In this document: positions 1 to 8,809 of the stretch, piece by piece
Layout: each line of letters begins with the position of its first letter
How positions within the stretch are numbered: the first letter of the stretch is position 1
Virus record (IMG/VR): IMGVR_UViG_3300042399_001709
Location: 1-64,000 of that record
Reading direction: 5' to 3' (one strand)
DNA: 64,000 nt
Origin: a virus
Notes under the pieces: generated by a model
The model's database searches: none
What the model was told of the DNA's origin: nothing
Seen by the model: the letters and a program-made list of their open reading frames with translations, nothing else
Made by a program: the position numbers and the translations under genes

Positions 1-12
1 CTCCAATAGGGA

Positions 13-44
13 TAAAGAGAGGGGGCTGGTTTCCCAACCCCCTC
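13..44 (-). terminator. Intrinsic terminator of the minus-strand replication/recombination operon
   Basis: Minus strand reads GAGGGGGTTGG-GAAA-CCAGCCCCCTC followed by TCTTTAT, just after the 81..290 stop. Confidence 0.7.
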
Positions 45-80
45 AATCAGATGACTCCGCGTCTGCGGTGGGCCAGCGTA

Positions 81-290
81 TCAGTTCATTGGCTTGCGCG
101 CAACCCTGCGTTCACTGCTGCTTTCCACGGGCTCGGAGATCTTATCCGCAATCTTGGCCATAGCACCGATCAGTTCACAAAGAACTGGCACAAGTGTATA
201 AAGTAGCGCCTCGCGCTCCTTGCCATGGTCCATCGTCTTCAGTCGTTCGAGATCTTCGGTGATCTGAACAAGATCATACGTGTGTGCCAT
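81..290 (-). CDS. Hypothetical protein (69 aa)
   Basis: ATG overlaps the ssb stop (TAATG coupling). Confidence 0.6.
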   Translation of the reverse strand: MAHTYDLVQITEDLERLKTMDHGKEREALLYTLVPVLCELIGAMAKIADKISEPVESSSERRVARKPMN

Positions 291-673
291 TAGAACGGAA
301 GCTCTTCAAGTGACTCCTGCATTGCTGCACGTGGGGCCTCGCCCTCTTCCTTGCCCTTGCCGGAGCGCTTCAGCACCTGAATGAACTTTGCAGTGATGGC
401 AATCTCGGTGTGCTCGACATCATTCTTGTCGGTCCACGACGAAATCTCCGGTGTTCCCTCGATCCAGATAAGATCGCCCTTCTGGACAACCTTGTCGGCG
501 AGTTCTGCCCGGCCATCCCAGCAAGCAATTGGATACCACGTCGACTTCTCTTCGCCGTTCGCATCCTTTGCGCCGTGAACAGCGACATTGAAATTCGCTA
601 CCTGGCGACCCTTCTGTGTTGCTCGTACCGTTGGCTTCGCGCCAACATACCCAATCAGCTGTACCTTAATCAT
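290..673 (-). CDS. ssb: Single-stranded DNA-binding protein
   Basis: OB-fold SSB pattern (VQLIGYVG..P, VANFNVAV, W..IACW, KGDLIWIEG) and acidic ...EELPF tail. Confidence 0.93.
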   Translation of the reverse strand: MIKVQLIGYVGAKPTVRATQKGRQVANFNVAVHGAKDANGEEKSTWYPIACWDGRAELADKVVQKGDLIWIEGTPEISSWTDKNDVEHTEIAITAKFIQVLKRSGKGKEEGEAPRAAMQESLEELPF

Positions 674-1040
674 TGCTTTCTACCTCACTAATCTTCAATA
701 CGACTTTTTCTTCGTCGCACTTCTTCTTAAGCTCCCACACTCTCGGTAGGAACCTTGCATCATTAACTCCTAAACCGCCGGCAACCGCGTCGAGCGTCAG
801 TTTTAGGATGTTGTCCGCGTCAATTGTCCGCTTCACGTAGATCCACACGTCAACCACAAGCATTGTATCAGGTTTGCAGGACCACTGCTGGTCGTGCACC
901 GCGACTTTTGTCAGTGTCGTTGTTGACTTTTTCCAGTCTTTTGCTTCCCTGGTCATGTAGATGTACGATTTTCGCGCCCGATACGCTGAGTTCCAGCTTG
1001 GTGGCCGGCCGTATAGCGTAATTTCAAGCGCGTCGGACAT
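666..1040 (-). CDS. rusA: RusA-family Holliday junction resolvase
   Basis: PPSWN..Y N-terminus and DADNILKLTLDAV..GLGVND catalytic motif; ATG at 1040 overlaps the upstream stop. Confidence 0.88.
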   Translation of the reverse strand: MSDALEITLYGRPPSWNSAYRARKSYIYMTREAKDWKKSTTTLTKVAVHDQQWSCKPDTMLVVDVWIYVKRTIDADNILKLTLDAVAGGLGVNDARFLPRVWELKKKCDEEKVVLKISEVESND

Positions 1041-1711
1041 TACGAACGCAGCTTTGGTCGCAAATCGGACCCGCCAACCTTGACAACAGTGCACATTTCG
1101 GTCAATCGTGACACAGTTGCACCGTATCCAAGGTCATTCAGCTCGTCCAGCGTGCGATTTGACGTCACAATCGTTGGGAGCATCGACGAATAGCGGCTCT
1201 CAACGATCACATAGAGCCGTTCCGTCGCCCAATCGGTCGCACGCTCCTTGCCAAAGTCATCCAAAACGACAACAGAGGCCCGGTCGCAGATAAATTGGAA
1301 GTCTGACTGCACCGAATCGTCCGAAAACTTGAAGCTTGACCGCACTGCATCCAAAAACAGCGGCACATTGATGAATCGAGCGTTCAATAACCCGTTTTCA
1401 ATCTTGTGCCGAAGGGCTGCAACCGCCAAATAGGTCTTTCCGACCCCCGGAGTACCGACAAAAAAGAATCCACGGTCGGTAAGTGGCGCTTCTGCCCAAT
1501 CCTTGGCGACTTTCACAGCCGTCTTGGCCTCTGGGAGCTCCTTCAGGCCGCTAAACGACGCATTCATGTACCGCTTTGACACGCCAGCCTTCTCAATGCG
1601 CGCATTAGCGACATCTGACGTCGGTGGCTCGTCCTGGCGGCGCATCACTGCCCCTTCTGGGGTCATGATGTACGCAAAATCAACGTTTGGGTCAATCTTG
1701 GATAATCCCAT
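1040..1711 (-). CDS. DnaC/IstB-like AAA+ helicase loader
   Basis: Walker A GTPGVGKT, Walker B VVLDDFGKE, RY...LPTIVTSN, SRL.EMC. Confidence 0.9.
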   Translation of the reverse strand: MGLSKIDPNVDFAYIMTPEGAVMRRQDEPPTSDVANARIEKAGVSKRYMNASFSGLKELPEAKTAVKVAKDWAEAPLTDRGFFFVGTPGVGKTYLAVAALRHKIENGLLNARFINVPLFLDAVRSSFKFSDDSVQSDFQFICDRASVVVLDDFGKERATDWATERLYVIVESRYSSMLPTIVTSNRTLDELNDLGYGATVSRLTEMCTVVKVGGSDLRPKLRS

Positions 1712-2000
1712 CGTAGTTCTCCTTCTTCCTTCCCGCTACCGGAGCCTTCCAGCGCGGACTATCTGCGAGCTTTTTCACGTAGGCGAGCGGGTCACCGTCC
1801 AAATCGCGGATTGCCGCCTCACAGATCGCCGACATGAGCCCCGGGATGCCGCCCGGGAACGATTGCATCAACTTGAAGATTCGACCGTACTCGGAGCGCT
1901 TAAGCTTCTTGCCGGTCATCGCCTGATAGAAGTCGCCCATGCGACCCTGCTTGTTTGGCGCCGATTCAATCTCCTTGCGCCACCAAACGAGATCGTTCAC
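1692..2000 (-). CDS. Hypothetical protein, possibly a helicase-loader partner (initiator C-terminal-like)
   Basis: GTG at 2000 overlaps the upstream TGA (GTGA); immediately upstream of the DnaC-like gene; DPLAYVKK motif. Confidence 0.55.
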   Translation of the reverse strand: MNDLVWWRKEIESAPNKQGRMGDFYQAMTGKKLKRSEYGRIFKLMQSFPGGIPGLMSAICEAAIRDLDGDPLAYVKKLADSPRWKAPVAGRKKENYDGIIQD

Positions 2001-2857
2001 TCGCCGTAAATCTTCGTCAGCGACGACTGGCGGATGGATGGCAGCACCGTAAGCATCCCAGATGCTGTTGCTGGTAGCGGTTGAGGATGAGCTTCCCACT
2101 TGTCACACAACTTCCTGAACTCACACGTCGCATGCACGAACGCGGTTGGGTTTGGATAGATTGCACCCTTCTCCTTCGCATCCAACATCGCTCGGACCGT
2201 GATATACAGGCGGTCGATATCGTCTTGCGTTCGGGTGGTAGTGCGGCGCTCCACGTTTGGACCCTTCGAGTGCTTGCTAACGATGTTAAACGTCACCTTC
2301 GGGTCGTGGTCGTAGTTCTGGCGCACAACAGACACATAGGCAGTCGCCTGAATGTCGCCATGCTCTCGGCCCTCTTCCCACTTCCGTGTAGCGGTCTTAT
2401 GTTCAACGACGTCGTTGGTATTGGTCACCATGTCCAACACGGACTTCAGCTTGATTGGAAGCTTTCCCAACCGGCTGTGTGCAATGTCGGCCATAAAGGT
2501 GCGCTCTACTGCCTTAGCAGTCCAATCGTCGCCTTCAAAGATCGCGGCCTTCAACATCTCTTCGCCCAAGGCGCTCTGGCTAATTGGGTCCTTGTCGGAC
2601 TCGTTAGTCCAGTTAACCTTTTCTGACTCGTCTGCAAACGCAGCACGGTAGAGCTTGATTGGCATGGTAAGGTCGCCGGTCTTCTTGCCGCCGTTGAGCG
2701 GCTCATACCAGTTAGCGAGACCTGCGTGCACCGCAGTTCCGAGCGCGAAGAACGAGCTCGTCTTTTCGGTCCAGAGGCCATTCTCGTAGCGGTACCACCA
2801 CCTAAGAGGGCAGGCCTGGAATTCGCGGATCTCGCTGATGCTGACGTGTTCGCGCAT
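1997..2857 (-). CDS. PD-(D/E)XK RecB/Cas4-like exonuclease
   Basis: S.S.....CP..W..RY, GTAVH, LDMV...VEHKT, Q...Y and C-terminal CEFRKLC. Confidence 0.88.
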   Translation of the reverse strand: MREHVSISEIREFQACPLRWWYRYENGLWTEKTSSFFALGTAVHAGLANWYEPLNGGKKTGDLTMPIKLYRAAFADESEKVNWTNESDKDPISQSALGEEMLKAAIFEGDDWTAKAVERTFMADIAHSRLGKLPIKLKSVLDMVTNTNDVVEHKTATRKWEEGREHGDIQATAYVSVVRQNYDHDPKVTFNIVSKHSKGPNVERRTTTRTQDDIDRLYITVRAMLDAKEKGAIYPNPTAFVHATCEFRKLCDKWEAHPQPLPATASGMLTVLPSIRQSSLTKIYGE

Positions 2858-3456
2858 TAGGCGCCGAGCTCGGCCTTGCGCGCAGTGTAGTACTGGCCAA
2901 GCCAGCGCTTCTTGTCGGCGTCAAGGTTTGATGCGGCGATCTGCTGGGCGACAGCGGTAAGGTCGGCACCGGTTACGGAGCCGTTGATGGAATCGCGCCA
3001 ATCAATCAGCGCGGGATCATCGCCAAACGCATCTTGCGCTGCAAGAAGGATCTTTGCATCGTCTGACTTCTGCTTCTCCTGCACCACCGGTGAAGGCTTA
3101 ACAGCGCCAGCCTTAGAACGGATCTCGTCGCCCGACGCTACCTTCTTGGACGGAAGGCCGGCCATGACAAGTGCGCGGCCAACTGCCGACGTTTCGGTGT
3201 TCTCAAGCTCTGAGCCACGGGTGTAGGGCGTGCTGCCCGGGATTGCCATAGATGCGTGGCCCGTTCCGGCTGGCTTCTCATCGGCAACTTCGCCGCGATA
3301 TGCCCACGCCTTGACGACAACGTTCTTGTCGCTCAGGGAAACGATTTCCGTTTCGATCCGGGCATTTGGGTACGCTTCGTACCAAGCGCGGAGACGCTCC
3401 GCTACATCGATGTAATCCTCTGCAAACTTCTTCTTCGGTGCATTGTCGTATACCAT
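2857..3456 (-). CDS. Sak/Rad52-like single-strand annealing protein
   Basis: YIDVAERL...YP..RIETEI, TGHA, LENTETSAVGRAL; next to exonuclease and SSB; ATG at 3456 preceded by GAGG/AGGA. Confidence 0.7.
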   Translation of the reverse strand: MVYDNAPKKKFAEDYIDVAERLRAWYEAYPNARIETEIVSLSDKNVVVKAWAYRGEVADEKPAGTGHASMAIPGSTPYTRGSELENTETSAVGRALVMAGLPSKKVASGDEIRSKAGAVKPSPVVQEKQKSDDAKILLAAQDAFGDDPALIDWRDSINGSVTGADLTAVAQQIAASNLDADKKRWLGQYYTARKAELGA

Positions 3457-3464
3457 TCCTAACC

Positions 3465-3713
3465 TCACTTCTCCGAGCTAAAAAGCTCGGCTTCACTAAG
3501 ACCAAGATACTCCGACAGTCGTCGTCGCATCTCCGCCGTCATCGGCGCATGTCCATACTGGACCTGGTTCAGATACCCATAGGATACACCAAGATGCATG
3601 GCGACCCATCGTCGCTTCACCCCGGACTCCTTAATCAACTGCCACACCTTGGCATTCTTCTGGCGCTGCTCTACTCGCAGCTCCTTGTGCTCTGCCCCGC
3701 TCTGCTTACTCAT
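3465..3713 (-). CDS. XRE-type helix-turn-helix regulator
   Basis: IKESGVKRRWVAMHLGVSYGYLNQVQYG...RRLSEYLGL. Confidence 0.8.
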   Translation of the reverse strand: MSKQSGAEHKELRVEQRQKNAKVWQLIKESGVKRRWVAMHLGVSYGYLNQVQYGHAPMTAEMRRRLSEYLGLSEAELFSSEK

Positions 3714-3993
3714 TGGTCTCCAATTCTCCGTCAAATGAATACGTTGTTCCGTGATCAATCCAGTAATCAACTGCCATCTGAATTCCGTCGGCAACCTGCC
3801 ACCAGCGCTCTGGCTCCATTGCTGCGCAGCTGCCATTTCGCAGTTCCGCTGATACCGACTGGTACACCCATGGTGCCATAGCGTTGCGGTCCTGAAGGCC
3901 ATTAATCGACTGGGCCATCACGGGGATCGCAGCAGCAACAGCGTCTACGCCAATGCGCATATCGTCGATATTCCAATTAACCTGCTCTGTCAT
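3706..3993 (-). CDS. Hypothetical protein (95 aa)
   Basis: Coupled ORF with GGAGGG RBS, overlapping both neighbours. Confidence 0.6.
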   Translation of the reverse strand: MTEQVNWNIDDMRIGVDAVAAAIPVMAQSINGLQDRNAMAPWVYQSVSAELRNGSCAAMEPERWWQVADGIQMAVDYWIDHGTTYSFDGELETNE

Positions 3994-4238
3994 AGCCCCT
4001 CCTGCTCTGCTACTTCCGTATTATCTGAAATTTCTGCCGCACTGTCAAGTGGCCCGCCACCGCTGCGGAGGATTCGCTCCATACAGGCCCTGTGTACCAC
4101 CGTTCCGGCGGCAAACGATTGCATCTCCCCCAGGGGCATCAGGTTGCCGCGCTTGACGCGAATGTCGTGCTTATTCGGGCAATTCTCGTACGAGCACCCA
4201 AGGTCACCTGGGTACTGCATGTTTGGATTTTTCATCAA
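3990..4238 (-). CDS. Hypothetical Cys/His-containing protein
   Basis: ORF in the operon with C-x4-C and H-x2-C. Confidence 0.55.
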   Translation of the reverse strand: MMKNPNMQYPGDLGCSYENCPNKHDIRVKRGNLMPLGEMQSFAAGTVVHRACMERILRSGGGPLDSAAEISDNTEVAEQEGL

Positions 4239-4512
4239 GGTACTCCCTTAGTACTGGTCGCCACTTCTTGGTCGACTCGGTCTTTACCCTGTGGTGATAC
4301 CCACAAAGCAAGACAAGGTTCTCCATGGTGCTTGGGCCTCGCTTCCCAAGTCCGGCATTGTCAACGTGATCCAGCTCCCAGATGATTCCTTCGCCGGGAC
4401 CAAACTGGCTGCCACAAGCTCCGCCCATGCCAATTTTCGCCCCCACACAAGTGTGGTCGCGCTTCATGACTGCGTAACGGAGTTCCGGGGTTACCGGGTC
4501 TTTATGAGGCAT
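4204..4512 (-). CDS. HNH endonuclease
   Basis: RD..C...C...ELDHV...G.ST.ENLVLLCGYHHRVKT. Confidence 0.88.
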   Translation of the reverse strand: MPHKDPVTPELRYAVMKRDHTCVGAKIGMGGACGSQFGPGEGIIWELDHVDNAGLGKRGPSTMENLVLLCGYHHRVKTESTKKWRPVLREYLDEKSKHAVPR

Positions 4513-4529
4513 ACCAGAAGCGTATCATA

Positions 4530-5672
4530 TCAGAGTTCTCCGTGCAAGCGCATGTTTTCTGCGATCCGTAGCCCAATCCATTCCGCGACTTGACTGACTA
4601 CGCCGTTGCCGCAGGCGTCGGCTCTTGTTGACTCGTTGGCCCGGTCCAACAGGGGGTGCTCAATAGAGGCGCCGCCAGTGAGAAGGTGCTGCCCGAAGAC
4701 GCCCGAGGAGGCAAATGCTGTCAGGGTGCTGAACCGGCCATCCTCTGTCCATGCCTCAAAGAATCCGGACTTCTGGTTTCGCTCGTTCTTGCGGAACATC
4801 CGGATAGGGCCGTCCTCTGAGTTGGGTGTTGTTACGAGCTGGTGGTTTTGACGTGCAGACGTCGGAATCCTGGGACTAGCGTGTGCCCGTCCGGCCACCC
4901 CATCAGGCGCTCCATCTCTACTGTAGTCAATCTTCGCAAAGTCAAGCGCTGCTGGTTGATAGTGTCCAGAATCATCTGGTGGAGGTCCGGCGTAAAACCT
5001 ATTTTCGTGCCACTGGCTGACGTTGTGACCGAACGCCCAAGGTAATTCGTTGCTTCCTCTGGTGTCAAGAAGAACCTCGCCGGCACGACTGGTTCCACGA
5101 TGTCCGAGAAGGAAAACTCGACGGCGCGGCTGGGGCACTGGGCGCCTTCCCCCATGCAGTTGACAGCTTCCGAAGCTCGATGCATCCACAGTTCGCCACG
5201 CCACGCCATACCCGAGCTCATCCATTTCCTGGACGAGCCGGCCCATGTCTCTTCCGCCGTTTGAGGTGAGGAGTCCGGGGACGTTTTCAAGGAGGACCCA
5301 TTCTGGCGAGAACGCTTCGACAAGGTTGAGGAAGCTGAAGGCAAGGACTGATCGCTCACCGCTAAACCCCTTTCGCTTTCCTGCGCTACTCAAATCTTGG
5401 CAAGGAAACCCTGCTGACCAAAGCGTAGCAGATTGCCATGGCTCGCCGGTTTTATCCGTGCTAATAGTTGTGATATCTCCGAAATTTGGGATGTTCGGCC
5501 ATTGACGCGCAAGAATGGCCGATTGGTACGGTGCATTTTCACAGAAGGCGACAGTGTGCCAACCGGCGGACTCAAGCCCGAGGTCAATGCCGCCAACCCC
5601 ACTAAACGTGGAGAAGTGGCTAAGCTTTCTTGCCGCGCTTTCCCTTTGGCTTTTTGTTAGGGGTCTCATCAT
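4530..5672 (-). CDS. C5 cytosine DNA methyltransferase, alpha polypeptide (motifs I-VIII and X, no motif IX)
   Basis: FSGVGG (I), GFPCQDLS (IV), ENVPG (VI), QPRRRVF (VIII), CGNGV (X). Confidence 0.92.
   Translation of the reverse strand: MMRPLTKSQRESAARKLSHFSTFSGVGGIDLGLESAGWHTVAFCENAPYQSAILARQWPNIPNFGDITTISTDKTGEPWQSATLWSAGFPCQDLSSAGKRKGFSGERSVLAFSFLNLVEAFSPEWVLLENVPGLLTSNGGRDMGRLVQEMDELGYGVAWRTVDASSFGSCQLHGGRRPVPQPRRRVFLLGHRGTSRAGEVLLDTRGSNELPWAFGHNVSQWHENRFYAGPPPDDSGHYQPAALDFAKIDYSRDGAPDGVAGRAHASPRIPTSARQNHQLVTTPNSEDGPIRMFRKNERNQKSGFFEAWTEDGRFSTLTAFASSGVFGQHLLTGGASIEHPLLDRANESTRADACGNGVVSQVAEWIGLRIAENMRLHGEL
4832..5359 (-). CDS. Nested out-of-frame beta polypeptide of the C5 methyltransferase (carries motif IX)
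   Basis: 175-aa ORF inside the alpha gene containing LRRLTTVEMERLMGWPDGHT (motif IX); GTG start preceded by AAAGGGG. Confidence 0.82.
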   Translation of the reverse strand: MSDQSLPSASSTLSKRSRQNGSSLKTSPDSSPQTAEETWAGSSRKWMSSGMAWRGELWMHRASEAVNCMGEGAQCPSRAVEFSFSDIVEPVVPARFFLTPEEATNYLGRSVTTSASGTKIGFTPDLHQMILDTINQQRLTLRRLTTVEMERLMGWPDGHTLVPGFRRLHVKTTSS

Positions 5673-5774
5673 CAGCAATAGTATCAGACGCAGGTTGCTT
5701 TGATTTCGGCTGATTGCGAATTACACGACAAGGGATGCAAAAGCACGGCTGCTGATGGTATAGCTTCTCAGCCA

Positions 5775-7946
5775 TTATCGCTTTTCGCGGGACTCAACCT
5801 GCCGCATGATCTTGTTAGACCACGACTGGCCAGGATCTCCGCCCCAGAGAGCCCATGCAATCCTGCCGGCAGATGGATAGCCAGTCTGGCCTGGGTTAAA
5901 TCCTTCACCCTGCTTATCTACCTCGTGTCGGGCCAAGAACGCACGCATCTTTCGGACGCGAGCAATCGTCATCTTATTTCCAATAAGCATGCGAGCAGTA
6001 GTCTGGCCCGGCCCAATCCCGCCACGGCCAAACTCTTCTCGCCATTTCAGGCCGCGCTTAGCCTCTGCTTGAACCGACGAAGGAACATTGAGGTTAATTC
6101 CGGAATAGTCAGCAGCTGCATACTTGCTTGAGACCTCTTCTGGTCCGTGGACATTCTGAACACCAGCAGACTTGTAGGCACTGCGAGCCTCAGCATCGTT
6201 TTCGATAGCCTCAGTAACATTGCCACTCTCTTCAAGGATCTTAGAAATCTTGTACTTCTTAAACTGAAGGCCAGCTCCAGCTGGGAAGTCTGAGAGATAC
6301 AACGCATCGTGTGGCACATCGTTTTCTTCCAGCCACTCTTGGGTTTCCTCAAGACGCTTGGCTGATCGTGCGCTAAGGATGAAGATGCGATGGGTATCAG
6401 ACTTCTCCTGCAAATACGCAACAACAGATTCATTTGGCTCATTGCTTCCGTCGCTAGTTGTCAAGGTTCCGTCAATGTCACACACGATAATTGGATTGTG
6501 CTCTGCTTTTGCAGTCTGGGACTGCGGAGCATTTGGAGGCGTGTTGTCTGGGGTCACGTCCGAGCCTTGTGGCGGGGTTGGCACGCCTTGCGGCTGGTTG
6601 GCGCTCGGCGGAGTGCCTCCGTCCGGAGCAGGCTGTCCTCCGGAGACAAGGTTGTTTAGGTACTTCATGTAAAGATCCATTGGCATATAGCCCTGCGGGG
6701 TTGGAATCCAGATTTGTTCGCCCTGTTCGCCAACGCCATCTTGACCGCGCTCACGAAGCGCGTCGTTGAGGCGAAGCCACGGGAGGCCGGCGAGTGCCGA
6801 CTTGTAGTATGCGGACATTTCGCCCTGGCTCTGTCGCCCCATGTCGGTGTAGGCAAAGCGAAGGTTTTTGTCGTAGCGCCAAACAATTTCTCGGGTAAGG
6901 TACTCGGCGATAAGGTCCAGGAGAGGCGCAATGCCGACATCCTGCGTAAATGCTGCGCCCGTTTCCGAGCTGCTGCGGTTAACGTCAAACCCAATGCCGA
7001 TGTCCTGTGGCTGAACGCCAAAGACAGCACAGATCTTTCGGGCAAGGTAGACCTGCCACTCCATGAACTGCATGTCGCGGTTAGAAGAGGCAAGTGGCAT
7101 CCACTGAATGCCCTTCCCACCGCCGGTAATAGCAATCTGGCTTCGACCGGCGATCTCTGCGTCCCAGTATGCGCGGAACGCATCAACCTGGTCGGCGCGC
7201 ACGCCTTCTCCAAGGTGAAGGACGCCTGGAGGCGCTGCGGCCATGACTGCCTTAGCGTTATATGCGGCAGCAGCAAGGTCTGACTCAATAGTTTCTGACA
7301 AAACCTCAAGTGGCGAAAGGCCAAGTGGGGTGTAGGTCACCGGGTTAGAGATAATGACAATCAGCTCGTGATTAAGGTAGCGCGCAACCTCTCGGCCGTC
7401 GGGGTCAAACTCGTAGTAGCGAGGCCTTTCCAGGTCAGTGCCGTCCCAAGCGGAGTCAAACACAATCTTTGCAGAGTCTTTTCCGTAGAGGCCGGCAATT
7501 GGCCGGTTTCCCGAGCCGATTCGACCACCCTTGGTTGGGACCACCTCAATAGCTCCCTGGTCAAGCACAAGAATGTCCTCAATGATTGGCTCCATGAGCG
7601 AACGGAACGATTCCATCTTTGCATTTGGCGTGCGGAAAAGGTCTTTAATTTCTTGGACTTTCCTTGGATTTACTGGGCTGTCGGAGTCAATGGCAACAAT
7701 GTCCCACTTGGCGCGGCTGACCTGGGTGCGGCGAAGGTTGATAGCGGCGCGAATCCAAGGGTTTGTGCGCGACCAGCGACGGAGCTGCTGGGTGCTGCGC
7801 TTTGCATGGTGAGTAACGCCAGCAACGCCCCGGGCATAGGGGGCATCGTCGTACTCCGGGACTGTGCTCATGGCCTTATCGGATGTGCCAAAGCTAATGC
7901 CAACGCCGCCAAGGATGCGGCCAAAGAGTGACTGTCTTTCTGCCAT
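5775..7946 (-). CDS. Portal protein fused to a HAD-family phosphatase domain and a C-terminal GRIAWALWGG domain
   Basis: HK97-like portal motifs (GLSPLE, PPGVL, RDMQF.E...ICAVFGV.PQDIG, LNDALRERG), Pro/Gln linker, IVCDIDGTL...LSAR...K...IEND. Confidence 0.88.
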   Translation of the reverse strand: MAERQSLFGRILGGVGISFGTSDKAMSTVPEYDDAPYARGVAGVTHHAKRSTQQLRRWSRTNPWIRAAINLRRTQVSRAKWDIVAIDSDSPVNPRKVQEIKDLFRTPNAKMESFRSLMEPIIEDILVLDQGAIEVVPTKGGRIGSGNRPIAGLYGKDSAKIVFDSAWDGTDLERPRYYEFDPDGREVARYLNHELIVIISNPVTYTPLGLSPLEVLSETIESDLAAAAYNAKAVMAAAPPGVLHLGEGVRADQVDAFRAYWDAEIAGRSQIAITGGGKGIQWMPLASSNRDMQFMEWQVYLARKICAVFGVQPQDIGIGFDVNRSSSETGAAFTQDVGIAPLLDLIAEYLTREIVWRYDKNLRFAYTDMGRQSQGEMSAYYKSALAGLPWLRLNDALRERGQDGVGEQGEQIWIPTPQGYMPMDLYMKYLNNLVSGGQPAPDGGTPPSANQPQGVPTPPQGSDVTPDNTPPNAPQSQTAKAEHNPIIVCDIDGTLTTSDGSNEPNESVVAYLQEKSDTHRIFILSARSAKRLEETQEWLEENDVPHDALYLSDFPAGAGLQFKKYKISKILEESGNVTEAIENDAEARSAYKSAGVQNVHGPEEVSSKYAAADYSGINLNVPSSVQAEAKRGLKWREEFGRGGIGPGQTTARMLIGNKMTIARVRKMRAFLARHEVDKQGEGFNPGQTGYPSAGRIAWALWGGDPGQSWSNKIMRQVESREKR

Positions 7947-8173
7947 TATGTCCTTCCATTTTTGCTACGACGGACAGCTGACCAAAAGATATCGTCGGTC
8001 ATGCGCCGGTTAATAATGTCCTGCATCTCTGCTTTTGTGCAAGAGAGGACCCGTCTACCACCTCGATATCCTACCGTATATGGGGCAAGATACCTCCCCC
8101 ACCAGGCTGGTGCAACTTGTCTGCCGTCGGAGAAGTCAACGTCGATAGTATCGTGAACCTCTGGTGGGGTCAA
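7946..8173 (-). CDS. Hypothetical protein (75 aa)
   Basis: Stop overlaps the portal ATG; start overlaps the upstream stop. Confidence 0.55.
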   Translation of the reverse strand: MTPPEVHDTIDVDFSDGRQVAPAWWGRYLAPYTVGYRGGRRVLSCTKAEMQDIINRRMTDDIFWSAVRRSKNGRT

Positions 8174-8592
8174 ATGTCGTCCTCTTCAATGCCGTCAAGT
8201 TTGTCCTGCTCTTTAAAGGACTGCTCTATGTCAAGTTGGTGCTTTCGCTGCTGGGGAACGCTCTTCCTTGACTTCGCAAGGTTATCATAGCACCAGTGGC
8301 AAACATTGTATCGCTTTTGCCCCTTAGCCCGTGGAACCATTGGCTCTGGGACCAGTTCGTTTTCGTGATGCTGGCCAACTGGCCCTGCCATGATGCCACA
8401 AGAAGCGCATTGAGGGTGGGAGCGTTTGAGCTTTTGGTACGTCTCCAGGACCGGGGTAATGGTCTTGTGAAGTCGGATTAGGGCAGAGGCTAGCTCGCGG
8501 ACCTCTCGTCCGCGCTCTCGTATTTCGTCGCACAGCACGCAGCTAAGCTGCTCGTCGTGCGGCCGGTGTTCAATGTGTTGGTCAATTTCCAT
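8170..8592 (-). CDS. Hypothetical zinc-finger protein
   Basis: CxxC pairs (CVLC, CASC, CHWC); extended -10 six nt before the ATG. Confidence 0.65.
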   Translation of the reverse strand: MEIDQHIEHRPHDEQLSCVLCDEIRERGREVRELASALIRLHKTITPVLETYQKLKRSHPQCASCGIMAGPVGQHHENELVPEPMVPRAKGQKRYNVCHWCYDNLAKSRKSVPQQRKHQLDIEQSFKEQDKLDGIEEDDI

Positions 8593-8598
8593 AAGGAG

Positions 8599-8607
8599 AT
8601 ACTATCA
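8599..8607 (-). promoter_or_regulatory. Extended -10 promoter (probably leaderless) for the portal operon
   Basis: TGA-TAGTAT, 6 nt, then ATG at 8592. Confidence 0.55.
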
Positions 8608-8755
8608 ACAGAATAATGGGTGGTGTGTGAAATACTGTTGTAGAATATCCATGTATTGTCCGCATGAGGCTTACTTTGGTAAAAAGTAACAATAATCTAT
8701 CGCCTTCGGGTTGTAGTCTTGGCCCAATTTATTGTTCATAGAGATTAATATCTCA

Positions 8756-8784
8756 TTGACGCAAAGATTCCGCGCCATCAGTAT
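8756..8784 (+). promoter_or_regulatory. Candidate sigma70-like promoter of the head operon
   Basis: TTGACG-17 nt-CAGTAT upstream of the GGGAGG RBS. Confidence 0.4.
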
Positions 8785-8809
8785 GGCTCGGTACCCTAGG
8801 GAGGTAAAC

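Noticed and set aside
1997-2857. Cas4 as part of a CRISPR system
   Set aside because: No cas1, cas2 or array nearby; the SSAP/SSB/RusA context indicates recombination.
4832-5359. Sequencing frameshift as the explanation for the split methyltransferase
   Set aside because: Both frames are open throughout the overlap, and motif IX is followed by a stop far upstream of motif X, so one indel cannot rebuild a single-chain enzyme.
6665-7324. 219-aa same-strand alternative-frame ORF inside the portal gene
   Set aside because: No recognisable motif or RBS, unlike the nested MTase subunit; likely a shadow ORF.
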